Source: Salpingoeca rosetta
Lineage: Eukaryota; Protista; Choanoflagellata
Direction of reading: 5' to 3'
Length of the DNA stretch: 64,000 bases
NCBI GenBank assembly: GCA_033442325.1
Contig: JAWQFM010000001.1
Span: forward strand, 477,324-541,323
Numbering within the stretch: the stretch's first letter is position 1; each line of letters opens with the position of its first letter. Below, piece by piece: positions 28,686 to 41,232 of the stretch. The notes below the pieces were generated by a model. That model made no database searches. It was not told where the DNA came from and saw nothing but the letters and a program-made list of their open reading frames with translations. The position numbers and the translations under genes are program-made.

Positions 28686-28712
28686 TTTTCCGCTCACTGA
28701 TGTCATCCTCTG
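28686..28712 (-). repeat. Right terminal inverted repeat (27 bp)
   Basis: TTTTCCGCTCACTGATGTCATCCTCTG, the exact reverse complement of the left TIR. Confidence 0.95.
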
Positions 28713-28801
28713 TGAACAGAAGCAACAACAAGGCAAAAGAAGCAACCACCCACGCAAGCACACTGATCCACTGCTATCCATCCAGTCTTGCACTGCCAAG
28801 C

Positions 28802-28994
28802 ATGAGCGACGAGGAGGAACTGAGGGCTGTTGAGGCGAAAGGCGACGCCCTTGCCACGGAAGATGAAGTCGTGAAGGCGTTTGAGGGCGCCAGCGAAGCA
28901 GACAACGAAGAGGCGGCCAAGGTTTGTCCGACATCATGTGAATCAAGTTTTGTCTTGGACTCTGTGACGGATGGATGGTGCCCGTGGCGTGCAG

Positions 28995-29086
<92 letters not shown>

Positions 29087-29104
29087 GTGGGTGTGTGGGT
29101 GTGT

Positions 29105-29162
<58 letters not shown>

Positions 29163-29885
29163 CACGCTATTTGTTTGGTTTCACACCGCAACGCACGCAA
29201 AGTAGCTCCGGCTCTTCGTGCCTTCCACTGTTCACCCTCTCCCCCCCCCCCCAATTCTTTACTTTTGCCAATGCTGTGTTTGTTCCGATTGCTCAGCTGG
29301 CGGAGCAAGAGCTGGAACACGATGCTGCTCGCGAGGCAGTGGTGACCGAACCGCCAAAGGACCGCGGCATCTTCGAACGCGCCGTGAAAAAGGTACGCAC
29401 ACATACACACACATACACACACATACACACACATACACACACATACACACACATACACACACATACACACGCATACACACATACACACACATACACACAC
29501 ATACAAGCCTGACAAGCACATACACACACAACTAAACACAACTGAACACATTGCCTTTGTTCATGCACGTGCTTGCATGCCCTTGTGCTGCTTGATAGCC
29601 ACTGCTTTTGGTTGCATACACGCCTCGCACAACTTGACCGACTTGTTTGCGATGTGCACGCCAACGTGCAGGTGCTGGACCTGCGCGAAGTCTACGAGGC
29701 GCTGGGGTACCGCCTCTCCTCCTGGGGCTATCTGGGCGTGAGCGTGGGTACCAGTGTTGGCATCAGCATCGGCCTTGAGCCCATCCCCGACGCAAAGCCC
29801 AAGGAAAACGTGCAAAAGGAAGACGCGTCCATGCTGCAATCCGTCGTGATTGGTGCGTACAACCAGTGCTGCTGGTGGTGGTGAT

Positions 29886-29924
<39 letters not shown>

Positions 29925-30431
29925 GTGTGTGTGGATAATGTGCGTGTGATCTTCTGTCTGTGTTTGCCACCATCCAAGGTCAATTTGCATTGATTTCCAT
30001 TTGTCTCTCAACTTGACCGCTCCTTGTGCATGCCATCACGCCAAATCGCCTTCGTCTCCTGCCACTGCCACTGCCACTGCCATGCTGTGTACAGGCCTGA
30101 TTAAGCGCGTCAATTCCGTTCTGGACGATTTGCAGCAATCGTCAATGAGGGTGAGAGGCTCAGACCCTGAGAGTGGAAATGATGCAGGTTACAAGCGGCA
30201 GCTTTGTTTCAACCATCACATGGCCTTCACAGCTTATTCCGCAATGCTGTTACTCTTTTGTTGTGTGCGTGCTTGTGTTTGCCCTTGTTGACAGCTGTCT
30301 CGCCTAACCATCTCCCTCGCTGGCATTGGCCTGGCCATTCCAAGCGCCACCGCCTCCCTCACGTTCGCAGACATCCCCGGTGCGTGTGCGTGTGTGTGTG
30401 TGTGCGTGTGTGTGTGTGCGTGTGTGTGTGT

Positions 30432-30470
<39 letters not shown>

Positions 30471-31772
30471 TTGTGTTGTGTGTGTGTGTGTGTGCGTGTG
30501 TTGTGTGTGTGTGCAAAGGTGGAGGAGCAACACGCGTCTCATGCTTTTGTGCCAACACGTGTTTATCATACAGAAGACGAAAAGAAGAAGGAGGACAAAG
30601 ACCAGCATGAAAAGGAGAAGGAGACACGGCAGAAGGTACGCGTGCGTCAGTGCTTGTATGCATGCATGTAAAGGCGGCACAGCACCTCGGGTTTCCTGGT
30701 TGATGGAGCCCACTCACCAAAACTTGTCTCTTTCTACAGCACTAACGCTTTCGCACACACACACACACGCGCACGCGCGCGCACGGGCAGGCTGGCGGGT
30801 CACTCTTGTCCAAGTATGCGCAGCAGCTGTCGGAGTTTGTGCAGCGCCCGTTCACCGCCACCACGGCTCCACTTGTGCGCACGCTGCTGGATGAGGTGCT
30901 TGACCTTCGTCGCTTCTTCTCCCAGATGGGCCTGACTGTCGGCAATCTGGACGGCACCTCCGGCTGGCTCACTGCGCGCATCGGCACCTATTTCGGCCTC
31001 GGCTTCAGCGTCCAGTTTCTGGATGCATTTAGCGCGGACCAGGAGCTGCCGGAAGGACTGACGCTTCTCCAGCGCGCGGTCCTCTCTGCCATGCTGACGT
31101 CACACTCGCTGGCCGTCAAGTCCACCGCAGGCATCCTCACGCCCCAGAAGATGTACGTGTCCCTCTCCGGCATTGGGCTGGCCATCCCAAGCGTGACCAC
31201 CACGGTGTACATGGCCAAGGCAGACGCTGCACAGGAGGAAGCACTGCAGTCCCTCGCCGCCACGCTCGCCGAAGAGGCAAAACCAGCGCCAGAGGAGCAG
31301 CAGCAACAGCAGGCCCAAGGCACACGTAGGTCTCGTGCGTGAATATGCGTGTGTTTCTGTGTGTGGGTGGGTGTGGGTGTGTGTGTTTCTGTGAGTGTGT
31401 GTGTTTCTGTGTCTGTGTCTGTTTCTGTGTTTGTGTCTGTGTCTGCGTCTGTGTAAATGTTTGTTGCGCCTCACGCTGCATCGTATTGTTTTTCTATCAC
31501 CGTCGTGTGCCCACTGACTGACACCTTTGCATGTCCGCACCACTTTCCTTTCTGACCTCACCTTCACTTTCATTCACGCCTACCGCCCTATCACTTCTTC
31601 GCCCGTCCCACCAGCCGAGCAACAAGGCAGCGGGCACGCGTTTGTGCTTGACAGCGATGATGCCGAGGACTCCAGCGGATCTGCCGTTGCCCGTCTCACC
31701 CGCGCCACCATCCGCACCATCTACGCATCAGGCGAGGCGGCAGGCAAGGTGGGCGTGCCACGCGCAAGAGCA

Positions 31773-31814
<42 letters not shown>

Positions 31815-31849
31815 TGTGTGTCTGTGTGTCTGTGTCTGTGTCTGTGTCT

Positions 31850-31902
<53 letters not shown>

Positions 31903-32259
31903 TTGGCGGGTGGGTGGGAAGTAGAAGGGTGCCCATCTCTCTTTGTTGGCAGGTAAACGGTCCGGTCCGTCAACCCAACCCACATTTCATTGATTCATCC
32001 ATCCGTTCCATTCACAAATCATCATCATCATTCTTGCACTGCCAGGTGCTGCAAGCGACGACCGACGCCATCAAGTCCTCTGCCCAGCGCATCTCCCGCG
32101 TCGCCACCGCCCCCGTCTCGGAGGCACTTCGCAATCTCCTCACCGTGCAGGACGTTTCAGGTGTGTTGAATCATCGAGCGGTAGGCAGTGCTGGCAACTT
32201 GCTGGTCTGCATTGCTTCGCTGTGTAGAAAGAACTGCCACACACACACACACACACACG

Positions 32260-32329
<70 letters not shown>

Positions 32330-32359
32330 CACACATTCGCACACGCACACACACACCCG

Positions 32360-32393
<34 letters not shown>

Positions 32394-32709
32394 TGCGATG
32401 CCGCTGCAGTTGGGCAAGCCATGCCTCTCTCTGACGTTTGGCACACAAGTTGGGGCTGGGCTTCGCTTTGTTGAGCGCCCTGGCATGAACGTGCTGCGCG
32501 ACAAACCGACCATCACCGTGAACAGCTCCAGCCACGTCGCTGTGCAGCAGCTGGTGCGCGGACTCAACTTCCTGCAGAGCGTGCCCGGTGTGCTGGCCGT
32601 TCTCCGCAAGGACCACGCCCACGCAGACCTCGTCACCCTCTCCTTCTCTGGTCTTGGACTGGGGATCCCCGCCATCTCCACAGGCATCTACCTGGGCTAC
32701 AAGGACTGA
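28802..32709 (+). CDS. Hypothetical multi-exon protein with three internal homologous domains
   Basis: ATG 28802 ([11 protein letters not shown]..). Exons near 29298, 29672, 30095, 30295, 30573, 30791, 31616, 32046 and 32393, ending at TGA 32709. Three units each contain a GTxxG strand and end in S(L/F)xG(I/L)GL(A/G)IP(S/A). Confidence 0.75.
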
Positions 32710-33438
32710 GCGCAGGCTGCACTGTCATCAATGCATGGCGCGCAAGCGGCCGTCCGCCATTGTTATGGCATGCGCGCGATTTCCCACTCTTGCTCTTTGA
32801 CTTGCTCACACACATGCACACACACGCACACACGCACACACACATACACACATACACACGCACATACACACACACACATTTTCACACATACCCATACCCT
32901 CTCATACAAACGACCCCAGTCTTTTCTTCTCTCCCTCCCTACCTCTGACCCCTGGTGATCTGTTCAGTGCCACACGTTGTTTTGTAACGGGCATGTGTTT
33001 AACAGCGCGAATGCGCACACATTGAACGCCAACATATCATCTGACGTGGGAAAAAAAACGACGTGGGTGAACCGTAATGAAACGGACAGACAGAATGCAA
33101 ACACTCGTGAGCACACAACGTGCAAGCATCACACAGTGTGCAGGGAACGCCGGTGGTGAATGAACGCAAGAGCACAAGCAACCAGGACTAACACAAGCAA
33201 TCAAGTCAGCAAGCATATTTGTCGTGTGGTGGAAGCAGGGCAATGAAGTGAATGAATGAATGAATGGGTGGATGGCGTCGACGAAACATGCACTTTTGGA
33301 CACGTGCGCTCTGACACAATGGCACTTGCGCGGAGAACAAGGGGAACGACGGGGCACAAGCGCGGGTGAATGCCCAAAGAAGCAAAGATCAACAGGTGCA
33401 AACCAACTGCCTGCACCTGCACAATGTCACGTGAGATG

Positions 33439-36400
33439 TCACACGTGGGTAAAGTCCATGGTGGGGTTCTCCTCAAATGAACTGCGGCGATCGCCATCCT
33501 TTGCCGAAAGAGCAATAGCAGCTGGACTTGCGCCCATGTCGTACTTGGCTCTGTGCTTGCTGGTCATGCGAATGCACATGTACACTTGCACAATCAGCAT
33601 CACAATCAGCACTACCAGAAGAGCATCTGCAAAGATCAACGACAAAAAGGGAAGGGTATTTGTGAGCATACAGGTGAGTGAGTCGCACATGCAACTGATG
33701 ATGCCATAGTATCAAGCTGTTCATACAAATACCATCACCCCACATTCCAACGCTTACACGCACACACACACATTCACGCACACACAAACTCCATCAGCAC
33801 ACTTTACTCAGCATGACAAGCAAACAGTGCATATCGCACAGTAACGCCAACAACATGAATAACAACACGAACAACACCACAACATCTCGCATGTGCCCAC
33901 TTACAGTTGGGGATATCGTTGTCTCCGCTGCCGCTGCTGTTGCCCGTGGAGAGCATGGAATCCGTCACAACATCTGGCGTGGCTGTGCCGTTGCTGGACC
34001 TTGAAGCCGCCATCAGCGTCACCTCCACATTGGAGAGCGGTGACACGTGGTTGAGGATGCTGCCCTCAGCAATGTCGGTGCTGTTGCTGTCCGAAACGAG
34101 GGATTGGAGCAGGTCAGCAAGCGCAGAAGACGTCATGTCGTCGCCTGATCCACGGCGTCGCGTCAGCTCCTCAATCGTCGTTGGCAAGATGTATGTGTCG
34201 ATGGTGATGCCAACGGTGTAATCAAGCGGGTCCGTCGGTGAGATGGCAATCACCTGCACGCGCGCCATACTAATGCCGAGCGCATCGGCAATGTCCGTCT
34301 CAATGATGTTGGTCACATTCTCAAAGGCAGCAGATGTCGTGTTGTAGTACTCCTGCTCGAATGGAAGGTCAAGCATCAGGCCCGTCACCTGCGTTGTGGC
34401 AGAGGCCAGCTCCAAATTCGCAAACTCGAACAGGTGCGTCAGGTCCTGCTGCACGCGGTTGCCATACGGGTCTTCAACGGTTGTGAGCAGCACACGTGCA
34501 GACCGGGCGTTTACCTCGTCCCAGGAGAACCCGCGGCGAAGCGACATGGAGATGCGGCGGCCCTCGCACACAATCACCATGTTGGTGTTGTCAAACACGC
34601 GGTCCACCCCCGTCACATCCATGCGCGCACCAAACTGGAATGGTTTGGAGCACTGCACTGGCTCGTCAAACTCAAACGAAATGTCGTCGCCTGGCTCGTA
34701 CACGCCGTCGGCAGGCTCGGGGAATCCCATCACCTGCGGTGACGTGCGGTCAACGACACCAACAGCCGTGATGGAGTATTGCTCGTCAATGCCGTCGGGC
34801 ACCTCGTTGACGGATGCCTGGCACTGCGCGCGGATGCGAACTTGGTACTGGCCCTCGCTCAGCGACTCCACGCTCCACCACATGGTGACGTAGCCGTAGT
34901 CATTCTCAAGCGTGCGAATGTCCAGGGCCTCCTGGTCCTTGTCGCGCGCCAGCAGCCACACCGTGGACGTGACGGGCTTGTACTCAACGTACACGCCAGT
35001 GAGCCTGTCGTCCTCTGTCCACTTGCGCATGGCAAAGTCTGGGTTGAACGCGACGAGGCGAAGCTCGCCAGGCCGCTCCTCCTGCTCGTCCGTGGCCTGG
35101 TTCACAACAAACATGCCTTCCTCACCAACCTCGCCGACCAGCTGCACGGGTGAGCACGGCTGCAGGAACTCCACCTCCAGCGTCACGCGCACCTGCGCCG
35201 CGGCCTCGTCGCTCAGATACCCTGTCTCCGCCAGCCGCTCCTGCTCGCACAGCGACGAAAACCACAGGTCAACCGGGTCGTACTGGTAGGCTGACGGCCC
35301 ACGCTTCATCACCACTGTTATCTGCGTGGCACCAGGCTCAAAGCCAACGTAGTCGATGGGCGCCACCAGCGGCCACCCATTCACGCTGATCTCCAGGCCA
35401 TCCTGGTTCTGTCCGTTGACCGCGTACAGCTGCATGTACGTCGTGTAGTCACCATCGTTGCGCAGCACAAGCTCAAACACGGCGGGCTCGTTGGGCAGCA
35501 CGGGTGCCTCTGGGCGCTTCAGCACGGTCATGCCAGGCTGCTCCAGCGCAAGCGTGTTTTCCTCGTGCGGGCATGACGACTGGCCAGAGGCCGTGTGGAA
35601 CACGAGCGTGTTGTAGTCGGGGTGCTTGAATACTTGCACATCAAACACATCAAATGGGTCGGGGTCGCCAAGCTGTCATGGTGGTGGTGGTGGTGATATT
35701 AGTGTGAAGCGATCATCGCAAACATGCGGGTTGGCAGGGGGCGGTGGCGAAAATGTAAACACAAGCATACAGTCACATACGGACACACAGACACACACTC
35801 ACAAACATTCACAAACACGCAGGTACTTGCTCGCGCACCGTGAACTCGACGTGCTCCTCCTCTTGGTATCCTTCCTGGTCTTCGTGAGACGCAAACCAGT
35901 GGCCGATGCCGAGTGGGGTCACCGTAAATTCAGCACCGACACCTGCAACATTGAGGAGCGTCGAAGAGAAGAAATCGTGTCAGATCGAGAATGGTGCTGT
36001 TGGTATGGTTGCACCAAGTCTGCCAACACGATCACTGCAAGAATGCAGACACACACACACACACTGACCTGATGACGCAATGTCGAAGGAAACTGAGGTA
36101 CCACCCTGAAAGTCGTGCTCGCGCATGGTGCCATCCGTGACCGACTTGTCCACGCTCGTGTCGTAGGCAAAGGTGTACGTAGAGCCGCCACCAGAAAACT
36201 TGATCGTGTTGATGGCTTTGAGCCCAGTCTGCTGTGTGTCTGTGGCAGCCGTGTCGTTCAGCTGCAACGCAGACTCAATCAACTTGTGCGGGGCGAGGGC
36301 AATGCCCTTGTTCATCTGCCCGTTGATGTTGTTCTTGCCAGAGAGGCTGAAGGTATCGGGCGACCACAGCTGCTGAATGGCATTCAATTCGCCGTTTGCA

Positions 36401-39400
36401 GCCATGTCACGCACCTCCGTGTTGCGGGCGAGATTCTCCTCCCACGCGTCAATGGCGTTCTGCAGCTCCGCCTTCATGTCCTCCGAGTCGCCGTTGGCAT
36501 CGGCGTTGGCGAGGCGTGTGCGCAGGTCTGGCAGTTCCTTCGTCTCAATCTCGTACGCGGACAGCCACGCCATTGCCTCGTCGTTCTCGCCGCTCGCAAG
36601 CGACCACGTTGTCTCCGTTCGCAGCGTCACGTCGCACGTGTCCGTGTCAAACTCCACAATGTCCGTGTCCAGGAACATGACGTTGAGCGACGGCACGAGG
36701 AACATGTCGGAGCGCTCGCCAGCCAGCACCTCGGCCTCGCTGGTCGTCACGTCCAGGCTGAACGACCACACTTTCTCCGTGTCGTAGTTGTCGTTGCCGT
36801 CCTTCGTGCCAAACAGGTTCGTTGTATCGGCCAAGATGGTGGCAGGATCCGACTTTGCCGTCAGCAGGTTGATGCAGTTGGCAGCGCCAAGACCCACGCA
36901 CAGGTCAAGCGTGGCATCCACCTTGAAGGGCGTGATTTCGAGCCCAAAGAAGAACCCACCATACTCCTCGTACGTGTCGCTCTCAATCTTGTAGTTGGCG
37001 TACGTGTTCGAGTAAGTGGCGGAGGACAGGCCACCAGGCGGGTCCTGCACCACCAGCAGCGGTTTGTAGCGCGGAAAGGGGATGGACGCGCCCGTGCCCT
37101 GCGCAACATCGCCCGTCACAATCACATACAGTGACTCTGTCACGGGGTCGTGTGGCAGCCGCTGCATGGTGGCGCGGAAGAGCTTCGTGTGCGGGTGATC
37201 GCTGTCCAGTGCTTCTGGGTTGGTCTGCGGCGACCCAGTCAAGATGTTGAACTGCGCACGCGAGTTGGAGAGCGTATCACCGGACGCGGTGGATGTCGTG
37301 TCCATGATCACAGGCATCTCGCAGGGGTAGTAGCACCGCTCCAGCAGCTTCAGCTGCGAATTGGTGAGTGATGGCATTGTCTCGTTCAGCACGGCCACCG
37401 TGTCTGGGGACTCACCAAGGTGGTTCTCAATCTCAATCGTGCCCGGCACAATATCGCACGTGCCAACGCTGTTGCCGTAGTCCTCCGTCACCTTGATGGT
37501 TACCAAGGTCTGAGTGTTCTGCTGAATCACGCGCAGCGGCGTGCCGTCACTGTACGAGCAGCTGTGCGACTTCTCCGAGTTGAAGGAGATGTCCAGCTGC
37601 GGTGCTGGATGGTACTCGAAGCGCGCGTACTTGAGCGTGTTGTTCATGTTCTTTGGGTCACGCAGGTCGACGTACTTTGAGCGAGATTCGCCCAGCGTGG
37701 CGGAGAAGTAGCGTGTCATCTCTTCACGCACGTTGCCGTCCCGCACGAGCCGCTGAAACCGCACGGTGATGATCTGGGCAGGCAGGTCCCACTTGGAGAC
37801 GCGGTCCGAGGTGCGTTCTGTTCTCACCCAGGTCGGGCAGTTGTCGTAGCGGAACTCGATGGTGGCGCGGCCTAGCGTGAGGTTGCACTTGCCGCCCGCC
37901 ACGTCCACCGTCGCCGTGTCTGTCGTCACGTCCTTGAAGTCGATGCGTTCCCACAGCTTGTCTTCGGTGATGTCGTAGTATGGGGTGCTCACGTCCTGCG
38001 ACGTGACAGGATCCTGGCGGATGTAGTAGCCGCTGGGGGCGTTGGGCGTGTTCTCCGTGTACGTCACACGCTTAAAGGTGTGGGAGGAGTTGCCAAAGGT
38101 GACAAACGTGCCGACAGAGGCGCCCAGCACGGCCTCTGCCGTGTAGTAGCCCTGGGCATCGGTGATGGCGCAGCCAACAACATAGTCGCCCTGGTTGCGG
38201 TCGTACAGGCACACCTCCACGTCCTTGAGTGGACACCCGTTGCTGTACCCCTGGTGCTCCGTGCCCTCGATCGTGACGCGGCCAGAGAAGGGCATGGTTG
38301 TGGTGTCGCGGATGTCCACCTCGTGGTCGAAGCGAAGATGTTCGACGACAACCGTCGTCTCCGTGCACGCCATACCGCCACAGGAGAAGGTGTGCTCGAT
38401 GCTGCCCGTGTACTTGGAGAAGCTGAGCGTCATCGTCTCGTGCAGGGACGTGATCTGGTCGGTGATGATGTGGATCTCAAAGAAGCCGTCTTCGTCTGTT
38501 GTGCGTGTGCCCGTGACGCCGCCAACCTCGAAGCTGACCTCCACACCTTCCACAGCCAGGTGGATTTCCTCAGAGTCAATTGTCACCTGCCCGCGCACAA
38601 TCACCTCCCACTGGATCGTCAGGTACTTGCAGGTCGAGGCTGATGCATAGCCCTGTGTGGGGTGCGCAGTGGGATGGAGATAACAAGGGGAGGTGTGATG
38701 GGGTGATATGGCAGCGTGTGCAAGTGTCGTCGGTGAGAGGGAGTCAGATGATGGTGGAGGGTCAACAGCATGAGTGACATGCATGCGCGTAAACTGCACG
38801 CGCACACGGCATGTACACGAAGGACAAGCGAATAAGTTTGATTCACAGCCCACATTTCACGAGCACCTGCCACGCAACGCAATGCTACGCACGGAGCTGT
38901 CGTAGTCGACGGGGTTGGTGGCAACGACGCAGTAGCGACGCGACACGCCTGGTGCCGTGCCCACATAGCGCCGGAAGTAGGTGGGCAGCGCCTTCTCGTG
39001 GTAGCTGGTCGGGTTTGTGGAGGTCGTCGTGCGAGCGTTCGCCGTGGCACAGTAGCTGGTGCCGACAAAGATCATGGCGCAGTCCGAATCGTCGGAGCAT
39101 GCTTGCATGCAGTCGTCCTTGGACCCGTCAAGGATGTATGTGCCACTCACGCCTGTGTTGGAAACGGTCACAGCCTCGTACGACTCCACAGTGACATCAT
39201 CTTGGCTGACACTGGCAAAGTAGAGAAGCTTGAGCTGGTGGCACACGAGCCCTGATGTCGTCCGCTGCACGACGATCCCGAGGCACCACTCCGATCGCTC
39301 CTTGCACAGGGTGGCGCACTCGGAAGCACGCGTGATCTTGGTGGAGGTGCCGGTTGCGTAAACCACCTCGTCTGTATCCGATGTTGTAGTGGACTGGAAG

Positions 39401-41201
39401 GAAGATGTGGAAGAGGTTGTCGTAGTGGTGGTGGTGGTGGTCGCAACACCAGGTGTGGTGAAGAGATCCGCACCGCCAGTGGTGCTGGCTGTTGTTGCCT
39501 CGGTTGATGTCGACGTCGATGTTGAGGACGTTGTGACCTCAGAGGACGAGGTGGAGGTTGACGTCGACGTCGATGTGGATGTCGTGGACGACGTGCTTGT
39601 GGACGTGAAGTGGCCACCTGGAAGTCAGGGGTGGGGGGGGGGGGGGTAAGGTGCGTGTGTGGGACGAGTGTGAGTGAGAGAGAGAGTGAGTGAGTGTGTG
39701 TGTGTGTGTGTGTGTGTCAGTGAGTGAGTGAGGGAAGGAGGTAGTGTGTGAGTGTGTGAGTGAGTGAGTGTGTGTGGGGGGGGGGTGAGTGAGTGAGTGA
39801 GTGAGTAAGAGTCGCAGAAGGGGGCGCATACGTGTTTGGATATACCAATCAGGCTGGCATGAACGCACAGATGCTCAATACGTGCAAGCACAACAGCACG
39901 CACACTTCATAACCCTGACCTGAAGCGAGCTCTGAGGGGTAGGCGAAGCGGGAGCCGGCAGTGTCAAAGGTGGACGTGACGCGCACGAAGAACGTCCCCT
40001 CTGGCATGGCGTAGAAGCTGCCATCGTCAAGCTCAGCATACACGTCGTCGCGCTGCACGGTCAGGTCGTCGTAGACGGTGGTTGGTGCGTGCTCACCACC
40101 GCACGTCTCCTCAGAGGTGACATCGTAGTTGGCAGAGAGGCCAACACTGTCGCGGAAGAAGCTAAACCCTGACTCGCAGTAGCTTTGGTCGGTCCATGCG
40201 AAGAAGACGCGACCAAGCGACTGCTGCAGCGCGAGGTCGGAGGGGGCGCCAGTGCGGTCGGATGACAGGCACCCGCAGTGCGTGGCAATATCGCCAGACG
40301 ACTCGCCGCCCACATACTGCACGCCTGTGACAAGATTGTCGTCGTTGTCGATGGGCGTGATGGTGACCTGGTTCACGTTGAACAAACAAGGACGAGAAGG
40401 TGTTGTTGGGGCAGTGAGTGAGGAGGACAAGGTGTCGAGGGGGGCATGGAAGTAGTCTTGCAATTGGTAGAGGAGAAGGGAACGTAGACATGCATGCAGT
40501 CGTTGAAGCAAGACAAACGCAGCAAGAGAAGATCGCAGGCAGGTAAGACAGGCACTGACACAAACAAAAGCGCACACGCACGCACGCACGCACACGCACG
40601 CACGCACACACGCAAGCACACACAACGCACACGCACACACACACGCGCGCGCGCACACGCAGACCTGGAATCGCCGGCCAGGGTTGAGGCCGGTGAACGT
40701 GCGGGATGTGAGAGGGCTGTCGACAGTGACGGGGTAGTTGGGCAGGGTCGTTGTTCCAGACAAGTCGAGTGCCCATTGGCCAATTGAGATCTAAGTGCGT
40801 GAAATGGAGGAGGGGGCATTGGTGTGTTAGAGATGGGGAAGGCGGGAGAGCGGGTGCGTCACGATAGCCGTGTCCATGCATGTGCACACACACGTGCACG
40901 CACTCAACACATACACAAACATTTTACGTTTCCCAACTCACGCACACATCAAACACCCCAATGCGCACCTCATATTTGGGGTAGGCGGTCGCATCGGAAA
41001 TGGCCAGGCTGATGGACGTGGCGCCTTCGGTGACGACAGCGGAAGGGCCGTCAACTGCACGAATCATTGAGACATAGCACAGCAAGATGCGTTGGGGTTG
41101 AGGGGACGCAGTGCTGAAGCACAGAGTAAGCACATGAATGTGGTTGTTCACATGCACGTACTAAAAGCACACGCAAATGGACCCACCCAGTCACCCAAAC
41201 G

Positions 41202-41232
<31 letters not shown>

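Larger units (their letters stand above)
26666..28712 (-). mobile_element. IS630/Tc1/mariner-superfamily DNA transposon, DD82E (Sailor-like), 2047 bp
   Basis: Perfect 27-bp terminal inverted repeats CAGAGGATGACATCAGTGAGCGGAAAA (26666-26692; reverse complement at 28686-28712), TGA directly outside both ends, and an intronless, microsatellite-free interior encoding a DDE transposase. Confidence 0.93.

Noticed and set aside
36115-37134. 339-aa plus-strand ORF
   Set aside because: Antisense shadow of the large minus-strand exon.
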